Origin: Mycobacterium tuberculosis H37Rv
GTDB lineage: Bacteria > Actinomycetota > Actinomycetes > Mycobacteriales > Mycobacteriaceae
Assembly (NCBI RefSeq): GCF_000195955.2
Contig: NC_000962.3
Span: 3,930,001 to 3,962,000 of the forward strand
DNA: 32,000 nt
Reading direction: 5' to 3'
The notes beneath the pieces were generated by a model. The model had not been told where the DNA came from. It made no database searches and saw only the letters and a list, made by a program, of their open reading frames with translations. How positions within the stretch are numbered: the stretch's first letter is position 1; each line of letters opens with the position of its first letter. Below are positions 20,824-29,528 of the stretch, in pieces. The position numbers and the translations under genes are program-made.

Positions 20824-22470
20824 TCACCCACCGCTCGTCACGTGTCCCGCATGCACGTCATCGGCTGGCCGCGCCTCGGTCTGCTCCTTGGCCCAGCGGT
20901 AGTCCGGCTTACCGGCGGGCGAACGCTTCACCTCGTCGACAAACCACAGACTGCGCGGCACTTTGTAGCCCGCGATCTCGGAGCGCACGAACGAGTCCAA
21001 CTCGGCCAACGACGGCCGACAACCCGGCCGGGCCTGCACCACGGCGGCCACCTGCTGGCCGTAACGCGGATCGGGCACCCCGACCACCAGAGCGTCGAAC
21101 ACGTCGGGATGCCCCTTCAAAGCGGCCTCGACCTCTTCGGGGTAGACCTTCTCGCCGCCGCTGTTGATCGACACCGAGCCACGACCCAGCATGGTGACCG
21201 TGCCGTCCTCCTCGACTTGGGCGTAGTCCCCCGGAATGGCGTAGCGCACACCGTTAATCGTCCGGAACGTCTCGGCCGTCTTCTTCTCGTCCTTGTAGTA
21301 GCCGACGGGAATGTTGCCCTTCTTGGCGATGACGCCCCGCATCCCCGAGCCGGGCTTGACTTCGTTGCCGTCGTCATCGAGCACGACGGTGCGATGGTCG
21401 ATCCGCACCCGGGGCCCGCCGCCATGCGCCTGCCCGGCAGCAACGACGCTGGTACCGCCAAAACCCGTCTCCGACGAGCCAATTGAGTCCGTGATCACCC
21501 GATTCGGCAGCAGCTCAAGGAGTTTCTCCTTGATGCTCGGCGAGAACAGCGCCGCGGTGCTGGCCAACAGGAACAACGACGACAGGTCGTAGTCGTTGCC
21601 CTTGACCAGCGCGTCGACCAGCGGGCGGGCCATCGCATCACCGGTGAAGAACAGCAGGTTCACCTTGTGTTTGTGGATCGTGCGCCACACCTCGTCGGCG
21701 TTGAATTCCGGTGCCAGTACCGTGGTTTGGCCCGAGAAGAGCGCCATCCAGGTGGCCGACTGGGTGGCGCCGTGGATCATCGGCGGGATCGGGTAGCGGA
21801 TCATCGGTGGATTCGCCGCGGCCGCCTTGGCCAGGTCGTATTCGTCTTTGACGAACTCTCCTGTCGCAAAGTCGGTTCCACCGAACAGCACACGATAGAT
21901 GTCCTCGTGACGCCACATCACACCCTTGGGGAAACCGGTGGTGCCGCCGGTGTAGAGCAGATAGATGGCGTCGGCGCTGCGTTCGCCGAAGTCACGCTCC
22001 GGCGAGCCCGCCGCGATCGCGGAATAGAACTCGACGCCGCCGTAGCGCCGATAGTCCTGGTCCGAGCCGTCCTCGACGACCAAGATCGTCCTTACATGGG
22101 GCGTGTCGGGGAGAACGTTGGCGACCCGGTCGGCGTAGCGGCGTTCGTGCACCAACGCGACCATGTCGGAGTTGTCGAACAGGTAGCGAAGTTCGCCCTC
22201 CACGTAACGGAAGTTGACGTTCACCAAGATGGCGCCCGCCTTCACGATGCCCAGCATCGCGATCACGATCTCGATGCGGTTGCGGCAGTACAGGCCGACC
22301 TTGTCGTCCTTTTGCACGCCTTGATCGATCAGGTGGTGCGCGAGGCGGTTGGCCTTATCCTCCAGCTGGGCGTAGGTCAACTGCTCATCGCCGCAGATAA
22401 CGGCGACACGGTCAGGCACGGCGTCGATGGCGTGCTCGGCGAGATCGGCAATATTCAGGGCCACGGCCAC
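20824..22470 (-). CDS. fadD19: Fatty-acyl/steroid-CoA ligase, 548 aa, GTG start
   Basis: [47 protein letters not shown]..., AMP-binding motif [21 protein letters not shown]-terminal Lys motif [14 protein letters not shown]. The 628-aa track ORF extends upstream of the likely start. Confidence 0.92.
20830..21329. repeat. 500-bp direct duplication, copy 2, inside fadD19
   Basis: Identical to 15098-15597. Confidence 0.93.
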
Positions 22471-22475
22471 CAAAC

Positions 22476-22489
22476 TAGAACGTGTTACA
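22476..22489. promoter_or_regulatory. Putative KstR operator between divergent fadD19 and echA19
   Basis: TAGAACGTGTTACA is an exact match to the TNNAACNNGTTNNA KstR consensus (established knowledge) in a divergent intergenic region. Confidence 0.75.
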
Positions 22490-22543
22490 TTTCTTGACAA
22501 GCTCACACCCGACGGGCAGAAAGAGGTGGCGGCCGTGGCAACC

Positions 22544-23335
22544 GTGGAATCCGGACCCGACGCGCTGGTGGAGCGGCGCGGCCACACCCTGATCGTGACC
22601 ATGAACCGGCCGGCCGCCCGCAACGCGCTGAGCACCGAAATGATGCGAATCATGGTGCAGGCCTGGGATCGCGTCGACAACGATCCCGACATCCGTTGCT
22701 GCATCCTCACCGGAGCCGGTGGCTACTTTTGCGCCGGCATGGACCTCAAGGCGGCAACCCAGAAACCGCCGGGCGACTCTTTCAAGGACGGCAGCTACGG
22801 CCCGTCGCGCATCGATGCCCTGCTCAAAGGGCGCCGCTTGACCAAACCGCTGATCGCCGCCGTCGAGGGGCCCGCGATCGCCGGCGGCACCGAGATCCTG
22901 CAGGGCACCGACATCCGGGTCGCCGGTGAAAGTGCGAAGTTCGGCATCTCCGAGGCCAAGTGGAGCCTGTACCCGATGGGCGGCTCGGCCGTGCGGCTGG
23001 TCCGGCAGATCCCCTACACTCTGGCCTGCGACCTGCTGCTGACCGGACGGCACATTACCGCCGCCGAGGCCAAGGAAATGGGCCTGATCGGCCACGTGGT
23101 GCCCGACGGCCAGGCGCTGACCAAGGCTCTAGAACTTGCCGACGCCATCTCGGCTAACGGACCCCTGGCCGTGCAGGCCATCCTGCGGTCCATCCGCGAG
23201 ACCGAGTGCATGCCCGAAAACGAGGCGTTCAAGATCGACACCCAGATCGGCATCAAGGTCTTCCTGTCCGACGACGCCAAGGAAGGCCCGCGCGCGTTCG
23301 CCGAGAAGCGCGCACCCAACTTCCAGAACCGCTAG
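22544..23335 (+). CDS. echA19: Enoyl-CoA hydratase/isomerase family protein, about 263 aa
   Basis: [34 protein letters not shown]..., [13 protein letters not shown] oxyanion region, [26 protein letters not shown]. The GTG start at 22544 is chosen by domain alignment; the ORF is open upstream to 22427. Confidence 0.9.
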   Translation: MESGPDALVERRGHTLIVTMNRPAARNALSTEMMRIMVQAWDRVDNDPDIRCCILTGAGGYFCAGMDLKAATQKPPGDSFKDGSYGPSRIDALLKGRRLTKPLIAAVEGPAIAGGTEILQGTDIRVAGESAKFGISEAKWSLYPMGGSAVRLVRQIPYTLACDLLLTGRHITAAEAKEMGLIGHVVPDGQALTKALELADAISANGPLAVQAILRSIRETECMPENEAFKIDTQIGIKVFLSDDAKEGPRAFAEKRAPNFQNR

Positions 23336-23343
23336 GCGCCGAG

Positions 23344-23391
23344 CGTGAACTGAGGGCGAGATTTCGGCCGATTTTCCGCCCTCAGTTCACG
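23344..23391. repeat. Palindromic element A: perfect 15-bp inverted repeat with an 18-nt spacer
   Basis: CGTGAACTGAGGGCG (23344-23358) is the exact reverse complement of CGCCCTCAGTTCACG (23377-23391). Starts 9 bp after the echA19 stop. Confidence 0.9.
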
Positions 23392-23430
23392 TTGGACGGC
23401 GGTGTCGGTGCACGACGGCACACTGCGATC

Positions 23431-24270
23431 GTGATCGAACCATTCCTCGGCAGCGAAGCGATTGCCTCCGGCGCGTTGACGCGGCACCGGCTGCGAAGCG
23501 CATACGCCACGATCCACCCCGACGTCTATGTCTCCCCCGGCGCCGACCTGACCGCATGGAGTCGCGCTCAGGCCGCCTGGCTATGGTCGCGGCGGCGCGG
23601 CGTCATCGCCGGGCAGTCGGCGGCGGCGATGCACGGCGCCAAATGGGTCGACGCGCGACAGGCGGCCGAGCTGCTCTACGACCACCGTCGCCCGCCGGCC
23701 GGCATCCACACCTGGTCGGACCGTGTCGCCGACGACGAGATCCAGCCAATCTCCGGCATGAATACGACCACACCGGCGCGCACCGCCCTCGACCTCGCCC
23801 GCCGCTATCCGGTCGGCAAGGCCGTCGCGGCCATCGATGCGCTCGCCCGCGCGACGGACCTCAAGCTGGCCGATGTCGAGATGCTCGCCGAACGCTACCG
23901 GGGAAGCCGCGGCATCCGAAATGCTCGTATCGCATTGGATCTGGTGGATCCAGGTGCCGAGTCACCTCGCGAGACGTGGCTGCGTCTGCTACTCATCCGA
24001 GCGGGCTTTCCAAGACCACAGACCCAGATCCCGGTTTACGACGAGTACGGCCAGCTGGTCGCGGTTATCGATATGGGTTGGGCAGGAATCAAGGTCGGCG
24101 TGGATTACGAGGGCGACCATCACCGGACCGACCGCAGAACGTTCAACAAGGACATCAAGCGTGCCGAAGCGTTGACCGAGCTTGGGTGGACCGACGTACG
24201 CGTGACGGTCGAGGACACCGAGGGTGGCATCATCTGGCGGGTGTCAGCGGCCTGGCAGCGCCGAACGTGA
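23431..24270 (+). CDS. DUF559-like (PD-(D/E)XK/Vsr-type fold) protein with an AbiEi-like N-terminal region, 279 aa, GTG start
   Basis: MIEPFLGSEAIASGALTRHRLRSAYATIHPDVYVSPGADLTAWSRAQAAWLW...; C-terminal ESPRETWLRLLLIRAGFPRPQTQIPVYDEYGQLVAVIDMGWAGIKVGVDYEGDHHRTDRRTFNKDIKR. Family assignment is from remembered motifs. Confidence 0.75.
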   Translation: MIEPFLGSEAIASGALTRHRLRSAYATIHPDVYVSPGADLTAWSRAQAAWLWSRRRGVIAGQSAAAMHGAKWVDARQAAELLYDHRRPPAGIHTWSDRVADDEIQPISGMNTTTPARTALDLARRYPVGKAVAAIDALARATDLKLADVEMLAERYRGSRGIRNARIALDLVDPGAESPRETWLRLLLIRAGFPRPQTQIPVYDEYGQLVAVIDMGWAGIKVGVDYEGDHHRTDRRTFNKDIKRAEALTELGWTDVRVTVEDTEGGIIWRVSAAWQRRT

Positions 24271-24320
24271 ACTCACGGCGGAGATTCGGCCGATATTCCG
24301 CCCTCAGTTCACGTTCGGCG
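24259..24320. repeat. Palindromic element B: 24-bp arms with 2 mismatches, overlapping the Rv3517-like stop codon; possible bidirectional terminator
   Basis: CGCCGAACGTGAACT (24259-24273) is the exact reverse complement of AGTTCACGTTCGGCG (24306-24320), and pairing extends inward through CGGCGGA / TCCGCC. Sits between convergent stops at 24270 and 24325. Confidence 0.88.
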
Positions 24321-24324
24321 TGGC

Positions 24325-25521
24325 TCAGCCCAGCGGCGGGCTCGGCGTGAACACCACCGGCATGGATTCCAGGCCGCTGACAAAGTTCGCCGGCCGCAGC
24401 GGCAACACGGAGTCATCGGCGACCAACCGCAGGTCGGGTAGCCGCCGCAACACCCGTTCCGTCATCAACGACAGCTCCAACCGGGCCAGCTGATTGCCCA
24501 GGCAGAAATGCGTGCCGAAGCCAAACGCCAAGTGGCTGTTTGGATTTCGCTGAACATCAAACTTTTCCGGTTCACAGAAAACCGCCTCGTCGAAGTTCGC
24601 CGACTCGAAGAGCAGCATCATCTTCTCGCCGGCACACAACGCCGTGCCGTGAAACTCGGTATCCGCGGTCAACACCCGGCACATGTTCTTTACCGGGGCG
24701 GTCCAACGTAGCATCTCCTCGATGGCCCCGGGCAGCAACGACGGGTCGCGCTGCAGCAGGTCCCACTGGTCACGGTTGCGCAGCAGCTGCTCGGTACCAC
24801 CGCTCAAGGTATGCCGCGTGGTCTCGTCGCCGCCGATCAGGATCAGCAGCGTCTCCATGACCAGCTCGTCGTCGCTTAGCCGCTCGCCGTCAACTTCGGA
24901 ACTCACCAGCACGCTGACCAGGTCGTCGGTGGGGTCCGCTCGCCGTGCCGCAATGGTGGCCCGGGTGAAGTCGTTGTAGGCCGCGAAGGCGTCCATGGTG
25001 ATCTGGAAATCCTCTTGAGACACATGCGAACTGAGGAATGTCACCAGATCGTCGGACCACCGCAAGAACATGTCCCGCTGCTCTGGACGCACCCCGAGCA
25101 TGTCGCCGATCACCGCCATCGGTAGCGGCGCGGCCAGGTCCCGCACGAAGTCACACTCGCCGCGTTCGCACACGGCGTCGATCAGGGTGTCACACAGCGC
25201 GGCAATCGACGCCTCCTTGTCCTTCACCCGCTTGCGGGTGAAGCCGGCGTTAACCAGCTTGCGCCGCAACAGATGTGCGGGATCGTCCATGTCGATCATC
25301 ATCGGCAGGGCGGGCTGGTCGGGGCGGATGCCGCCGGCGTTGGAGAACAGCTCGGGTTGACGTTCGGCGTCGATCACCGCCTGGTACGTCGACGCGGCCG
25401 CCAGGCCGTTGCGATCGCGGAACACCGGTTGGTTGGCCCGCATCCACCGGTACGCGGCCCGCGCCTCGCGGCTGGCGTAGAAGTTGCCGTCGGCCAGATC
25501 CACGTCCGGAGCTTCAGTCAT
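24325..25521 (-). CDS. cyp142: Cytochrome P450 (sterol C26 monooxygenase type), 398 aa
   Basis: MTEAPDVDLADGNFYASREARAAYRWM..., I-helix LILIGGDETTRHT, ETLLRW-type ExxR region (EEMLRWTAPV), heme-binding FGFGTHFCLGNQLARLE. Confidence 0.93.
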   Translation of the reverse strand: MTEAPDVDLADGNFYASREARAAYRWMRANQPVFRDRNGLAAASTYQAVIDAERQPELFSNAGGIRPDQPALPMMIDMDDPAHLLRRKLVNAGFTRKRVKDKEASIAALCDTLIDAVCERGECDFVRDLAAPLPMAVIGDMLGVRPEQRDMFLRWSDDLVTFLSSHVSQEDFQITMDAFAAYNDFTRATIAARRADPTDDLVSVLVSSEVDGERLSDDELVMETLLILIGGDETTRHTLSGGTEQLLRNRDQWDLLQRDPSLLPGAIEEMLRWTAPVKNMCRVLTADTEFHGTALCAGEKMMLLFESANFDEAVFCEPEKFDVQRNPNSHLAFGFGTHFCLGNQLARLELSLMTERVLRRLPDLRLVADDSVLPLRPANFVSGLESMPVVFTPSPPLG

Positions 25522-25549
25522 CGCGATCCTCCGCACTACAGTGGGCGAT

Positions 25550-26260
25550 ATGCCCGTCTCGCAACACACCATCGCCGGCACGGTGCTCACCATGCCGGTG
25601 CGCATTCGCACCGCCAACCTGCATTCCGCGATGTTCTCGGTGCCCGCCGACCCAGCGCAGCGCCTCATCGACTACAGCGGGCTGCGGGTGTGCGAATACC
25701 TGCCCGGTAAGGCAATCGTGATGCAGATGCTGGTGCGCTACGTCGACGGGGATTTGGGGCGATACCACGAGTACGGCACCGCGATCATGGTGAACCCGCC
25801 CGGCACCCAACGCCGCGGGCCCAGAGCCCTCACCCGAGCCGCCGCGTTCATCCATCATCTGCCGGTAGATCAGGTGTTCACGCTTGAGGCCGGGCGCACC
25901 ATCTGGGGCTTCCCGAAGATCATGGCGGACTTCAACGTCACCGACGGCCGGAGGTTCGGCTTCGACGTCAGCGCCGACGGACGGTTGATCGCCGGGATCG
26001 AGTTCAGCACCGGCCTGCCGGTGCCGACCCTCGGGTGGCAAATGTTGAAGACCTACTCCCACCATGACGGCGTAACTCGCGAGATTCCCTGGGAAATGAA
26101 AGTCTCGGGCCTGCGCGCCCGGCTCGGCGGCGCCCGACTGCGGTTGGGAGACCATCCCTACGCCAAAGAACTGGCATCGCTGGGCCTGCCGAAGCGGGCT
26201 CTGTTGTCCCAGTCGGCGGCCAACGTAGAAATGACCTTCGGCGACGGTCACCCGATCTGA
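25550..26260 (+). CDS. Acetoacetate-decarboxylase-like family protein, 236 aa
   Basis: MPVSQHTIAGTVLTMPVRIRTANLHSAMFSVPADPAQRLIDYSGL...GRTIWGFPKIMADF resembles the ADC fold. Family assignment by motif memory. Confidence 0.75.
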   Translation: MPVSQHTIAGTVLTMPVRIRTANLHSAMFSVPADPAQRLIDYSGLRVCEYLPGKAIVMQMLVRYVDGDLGRYHEYGTAIMVNPPGTQRRGPRALTRAAAFIHHLPVDQVFTLEAGRTIWGFPKIMADFNVTDGRRFGFDVSADGRLIAGIEFSTGLPVPTLGWQMLKTYSHHDGVTREIPWEMKVSGLRARLGGARLRLGDHPYAKELASLGLPKRALLSQSAANVEMTFGDGHPI

Positions 26261-26291
26261 ACCGCAAGAAAGCGAAGCCATCAGCCCAATC

Positions 26292-26305
26292 TAGAACGCG
26301 TTCTA
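26292..26305. promoter_or_regulatory. Putative KstR operator (perfect palindrome)
   Basis: TAGAACGCGTTCTA matches TNNAACNNGTTNNA exactly. Lies between the convergent 3' ends of the ADC-like gene and the oxidoreductase gene. Confidence 0.65.
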
Positions 26306-26324
26306 GCCCGCTGGCAAGGATCGA

Positions 26325-27368
26325 TCAGACCAGGGCGGCAAGGTCGCGGACCTGCTCTGCGCTGCCGGCGGTCACCACCATCATGGTGACCCCGGCGGCC
26401 TCCCAGACGGCCATCTGCTTACGCACGTGGTCGATGTCACCGACGATCACGGCGTCGTCGACGAGCTCGTCCGGGATGATCTCGGCGGCCTCGTCCTTGC
26501 GGCCAGACCGAAATAACTTGGTGACCTCATCGACCACTTGCGTGTACCCCATCCGGCGATAGACGTCGGCGTGGAAGTTGGTCTCTTCGGCGCCCATCCC
26601 GCCCATGTAGAGCGCCAGGAACGGCTTGATTCCGGCAAACGCGGCCGCCCGATCGTCGGTGATGACCACCTGCGCCGTCGCGCAGATCTCGAAGTCCTCG
26701 CGGCTACGCCGGGCGCCGGGCCGGGCGAATCCTTCGTCGAGCCATTCGTTGTACATGCCGGCCATGCGTGGCGAATAGAAGATGGGCAGCCAGCCATCGC
26801 AGATCTCGGCGGCCAGCGCGACGTTCTTGGGCCCCTCGGCCCCCAGCATGATTGGTATGTCGGCGCGCAGCGGATGGGTGATGGGTTTGAGCGCTTTGCC
26901 CAGACCTGTCGTGCCCTCCCCCGTCAGTGGCAGCCGGTAGTGCGGCCCGGCGCTGGTCACCGGCGATTCTCGGGCCCACACCTGGCGCACGATGTCGATG
27001 TATTCGCGGGTGCGAGCCAGCGGCTTGGGAAACCGCTGCCCGTACCAACCCTCGACCACCTGCGGACCGGACACGCCGAGCCCGAGAATGTGCCGGCCAC
27101 CGGACAGATGGTCCAGTGTCAGCGCGGCCATCGCACAGGCCGTTGGTGTGCGCGCGGACAGCTGGATCACCGACGTACCCAGCCGCACCCGTTGCGTCGA
27201 CGAGCCCCACCAGGCCAGCGGCGTGTAGGCGTCGGACCCCCACGCCTCGGCGGTGAACACCGTGTCAAAACCCGCATCCTCGGCCGCGGCGACGAGTTCC
27301 GCATGGTTCTGCGGCGGCTGCGCGCCCCAATACCCCAGCTGTAGTCCGAGCTTCATCCCTGCCTCCAC
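26325..27368 (-). CDS. LLM-class/F420-dependent oxidoreductase-like protein, 347 aa
   Basis: [53 protein letters not shown]...[23 protein letters not shown], the luciferase-like monooxygenase signature. Confidence 0.9.
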   Translation of the reverse strand: [347 protein letters not shown]

Positions 27369-27403
27369 GACGCCCTTCAGGAGGGCAATGTTGAAACCGT
27401 TGT

Positions 27404-27417
27404 TAGAACCTGTTCTA
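27404..27417. promoter_or_regulatory. Putative KstR operator between the divergent oxidoreductase and DUF35-gene operons
   Basis: TAGAACCTGTTCTA matches TNNAACNNGTTNNA exactly and overlaps the divergent promoter region. Confidence 0.78.
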
Positions 27418-27427
27418 CTCGACAGGC

Positions 27428-28432
27428 GTGACAGCCAGCTCGAGCGGCCCGGCGCTGATCGATCACTCTGAGCCGCCCCTTTCCGCGCCCCTCACGTTGT
27501 CCTTCGACTACACCCGTTCGGTGGGGCCCACGTTAAGCAGGTTTTTCACCGCCTTGCGTGCACGCCGCATTGTCGGGGTGCGCGGATCCGACGGCCGAGT
27601 CCATGTGCCGCCGGTGGAATATGACCCGGTTACCTACGAACCCCTGAGCGAAATGGTACCGGTGTCCAGCGTCGGCACCGTCGCGTCCTGGACCTGGCAA
27701 CCCGAGCCGCTAGCCGGCCAGCCCCTGGACCGGCCGTTCGCCTGGGCGCTGATCAAGCTCGACGGCGCCGACACCTTGCTGATGCACGCCGTTGATGTGG
27801 GAACCGCCGGCCCTTCCGCCATCCACACCGGCGCCCGGGTGCACGCGCATTGGGCCGACCAACCGGTGGGCGCCATCACCGATATCGCCTGCTTTGCGCT
27901 CGGCGAGACCGCAGAACCGGTGGCGGCTCACAAGACCGAGGATGCGCGGGACCCGGTCACCATGATCGTCACGCCGATCCAGCTGGAAATTCAGCACACC
28001 GCCTCGCACGAGGAGAGTGCGTATCTGCGCGCCATCGCCCAGGGCAAGCTCGTGGGCGCCAGAACCGGAAAGACCGGCAAGGTATACTTCCCGCCGCATG
28101 GCGCCGACCCGGCCACCGGGAAACCCACCTCCGAGTTTGTCGAGCTGCCCGACAAGGGCACGGTGACGACGTTCGCGATCGTCAACATCCCGTTCCTGGG
28201 CCAGCGAATCAAGCCGCCCTATGTGGCGGCCTACGTGTTGCTCGACGGCGCCGACATCCCGTTTTTGCATTTGGTTTCCGACGTCGACGCGCACCAGGTG
28301 CGGATGGGCATGCGCGTCGAGGCGGTGTGGAAGCCGCGGGAGCGGTGGGGACTGGGCATCGACAACATCGAGTACTTCCGCCCCACCGGCGAACCGGATG
28401 CCAACTACGACACCTACAAGCACCACCTGTAA
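27428..28432 (+). CDS. DUF35/OB-fold acyl-CoA-associated protein with two tandem OB-fold-like domains
   Basis: GTG at 27428 (MTASSSGPALIDHSEPPLSAPLTLSFDYTRSVGPTLSRFF...); a downstream GTG at 27521 gives the shorter 303-aa form I recall. Two related segments: DGRVHVPPVEYDPVTYEPLSEMVPVSSVGTVASW and TGKVYFPPHGADPATGKPTSEFVELPDKGTVTTF. Confidence 0.85.
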   Translation: MTASSSGPALIDHSEPPLSAPLTLSFDYTRSVGPTLSRFFTALRARRIVGVRGSDGRVHVPPVEYDPVTYEPLSEMVPVSSVGTVASWTWQPEPLAGQPLDRPFAWALIKLDGADTLLMHAVDVGTAGPSAIHTGARVHAHWADQPVGAITDIACFALGETAEPVAAHKTEDARDPVTMIVTPIQLEIQHTASHEESAYLRAIAQGKLVGARTGKTGKVYFPPHGADPATGKPTSEFVELPDKGTVTTFAIVNIPFLGQRIKPPYVAAYVLLDGADIPFLHLVSDVDAHQVRMGMRVEAVWKPRERWGLGIDNIEYFRPTGEPDANYDTYKHHL

Positions 28433-28447
28433 AGGGCCCACCAACCA

Positions 28448-29512
28448 ATGAGCGTTCGCGATATTGCCGTTGTCGGCTTCGCCCACGCCCCGCACGTGCG
28501 CCGCACCGACGGCACTACCAACGGCGTCGAGATGCTGATGCCGTGCTTCGCCCAGCTATACGACGAGCTGGGCATCACCAAGGCCGACATCGGATTCTGG
28601 TGTTCGGGTTCGTCGGATTACCTGGCTGGACGAGCATTTTCGTTCATCTCCGCGATCGACTCCATCGGAGCCGTACCGCCGATCAACGAATCGCACGTCG
28701 AGATGGACGCCGCCTGGGCACTGTATGAGGCCTACATCAAACTGCTGACCGGCGAGGTCGACACCGCGCTGGTGTACGGCTTCGGGAAGTCCTCGGCCGG
28801 AACGCTGCGCCGTGTGCTGTCCCGCCAGACCGACCCGTACACCGTCGCGCCGCTGTGGCCGGATTCGGTATCGATGGCGGGACTACAGGCGCGGTTGGGG
28901 CTGGACTCCGGCAAGTGGACCCACGAGCAGATGGCGCGAGTGGCGTTCGATTCCTTCACCAACGCTCGCCGGGTGGATTCCGTGGAGCCGCCGATCACCG
29001 TCGGGGAACTGCTGGCACGGCCGTTTTTTGCCGATCCGCTGCGGCGCCACGACATTGCGCCGATTACCGACGGTGCCGCCGCGGTCGTGCTCGCGGCCGA
29101 CAACCGCGCCCGAGAACTGCGCGAAAATCCGGCGTGGATCACCGGAATCGAACATCGCATCGAGTCTCCGGCGCTGGGGGCGCGCGACATCACCGAGTCT
29201 CCGTCGACCAAACTGGCGGCCAAGATAGCCACCGGCGGACACACCGGCGACATCGACGTGGCGGAGATCCATGGGCCCTTTACCCACCAGCACCTGATCG
29301 TCGCGGAGGCCATCAGGATTCCGGGTAAGACGAAAGTGAATCCGTCCGGCGGCCCGTTGGCCGCCAACCCCATGTTCGCCGCCGGCCTTGAGCGTATCGG
29401 CTTTGCCGCACAACATACCTGGGACGGATCGGCGCGGCGCGTGCTGGCGCACGCCACCAGCGGACCGGCGCTGCAGCAAAACCTGGTCGCGGTCATGGAA
29501 GGACGGGGATAG
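28448..29512 (+). CDS. ltp4: SCP-x-thiolase-like lipid-transfer protein, 354 aa
   Basis: MSVRDIAVVGFAHAPHVRRTDGTTNGVEMLMPCFAQLYDELG..., C-terminal NPSGGPLAANPMFAAGLERIGFAAQ...HATSGPALQQNLVAVM. Symbol from order and length. Confidence 0.9.
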   Translation: MSVRDIAVVGFAHAPHVRRTDGTTNGVEMLMPCFAQLYDELGITKADIGFWCSGSSDYLAGRAFSFISAIDSIGAVPPINESHVEMDAAWALYEAYIKLLTGEVDTALVYGFGKSSAGTLRRVLSRQTDPYTVAPLWPDSVSMAGLQARLGLDSGKWTHEQMARVAFDSFTNARRVDSVEPPITVGELLARPFFADPLRRHDIAPITDGAAAVVLAADNRARELRENPAWITGIEHRIESPALGARDITESPSTKLAAKIATGGHTGDIDVAEIHGPFTHQHLIVAEAIRIPGKTKVNPSGGPLAANPMFAAGLERIGFAAQHTWDGSARRVLAHATSGPALQQNLVAVMEGRG

Positions 29513-29528
29513 TGGAGGGGCAGCGCTG

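Noticed and set aside
20294-20902. 202-aa + strand ORF after PE_PGRS57
   Set aside because: Mixed composition, no recognisable domain, and it runs into the fadD19 3' end on the opposite strand. A possible remnant, but not supportable as a gene from sequence alone.
20443-21486. + strand ORF of 347 aa opposite fadD19
   Set aside because: Antisense frame of fadD19 and the intergenic region, without recognisable domains. The fadD19 reading is fully supported by AMP-ligase motifs.
22471-22710. N-terminal extension of fadD19 (628-aa ORF) and of echA19 (from 22427)
   Set aside because: The extensions overlap each other and the KstR-like operator and do not match family N-termini. Starts at 22470 (GTG) and 22544 (GTG) fit the domains.
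23206-23430. N-terminal extension of the DUF559-like ORF (354 aa, from 23206)
   Set aside because: It would overlap the echA19 coding sequence in another frame and run through palindrome A. The GTG at 23431 begins the conserved-looking region.
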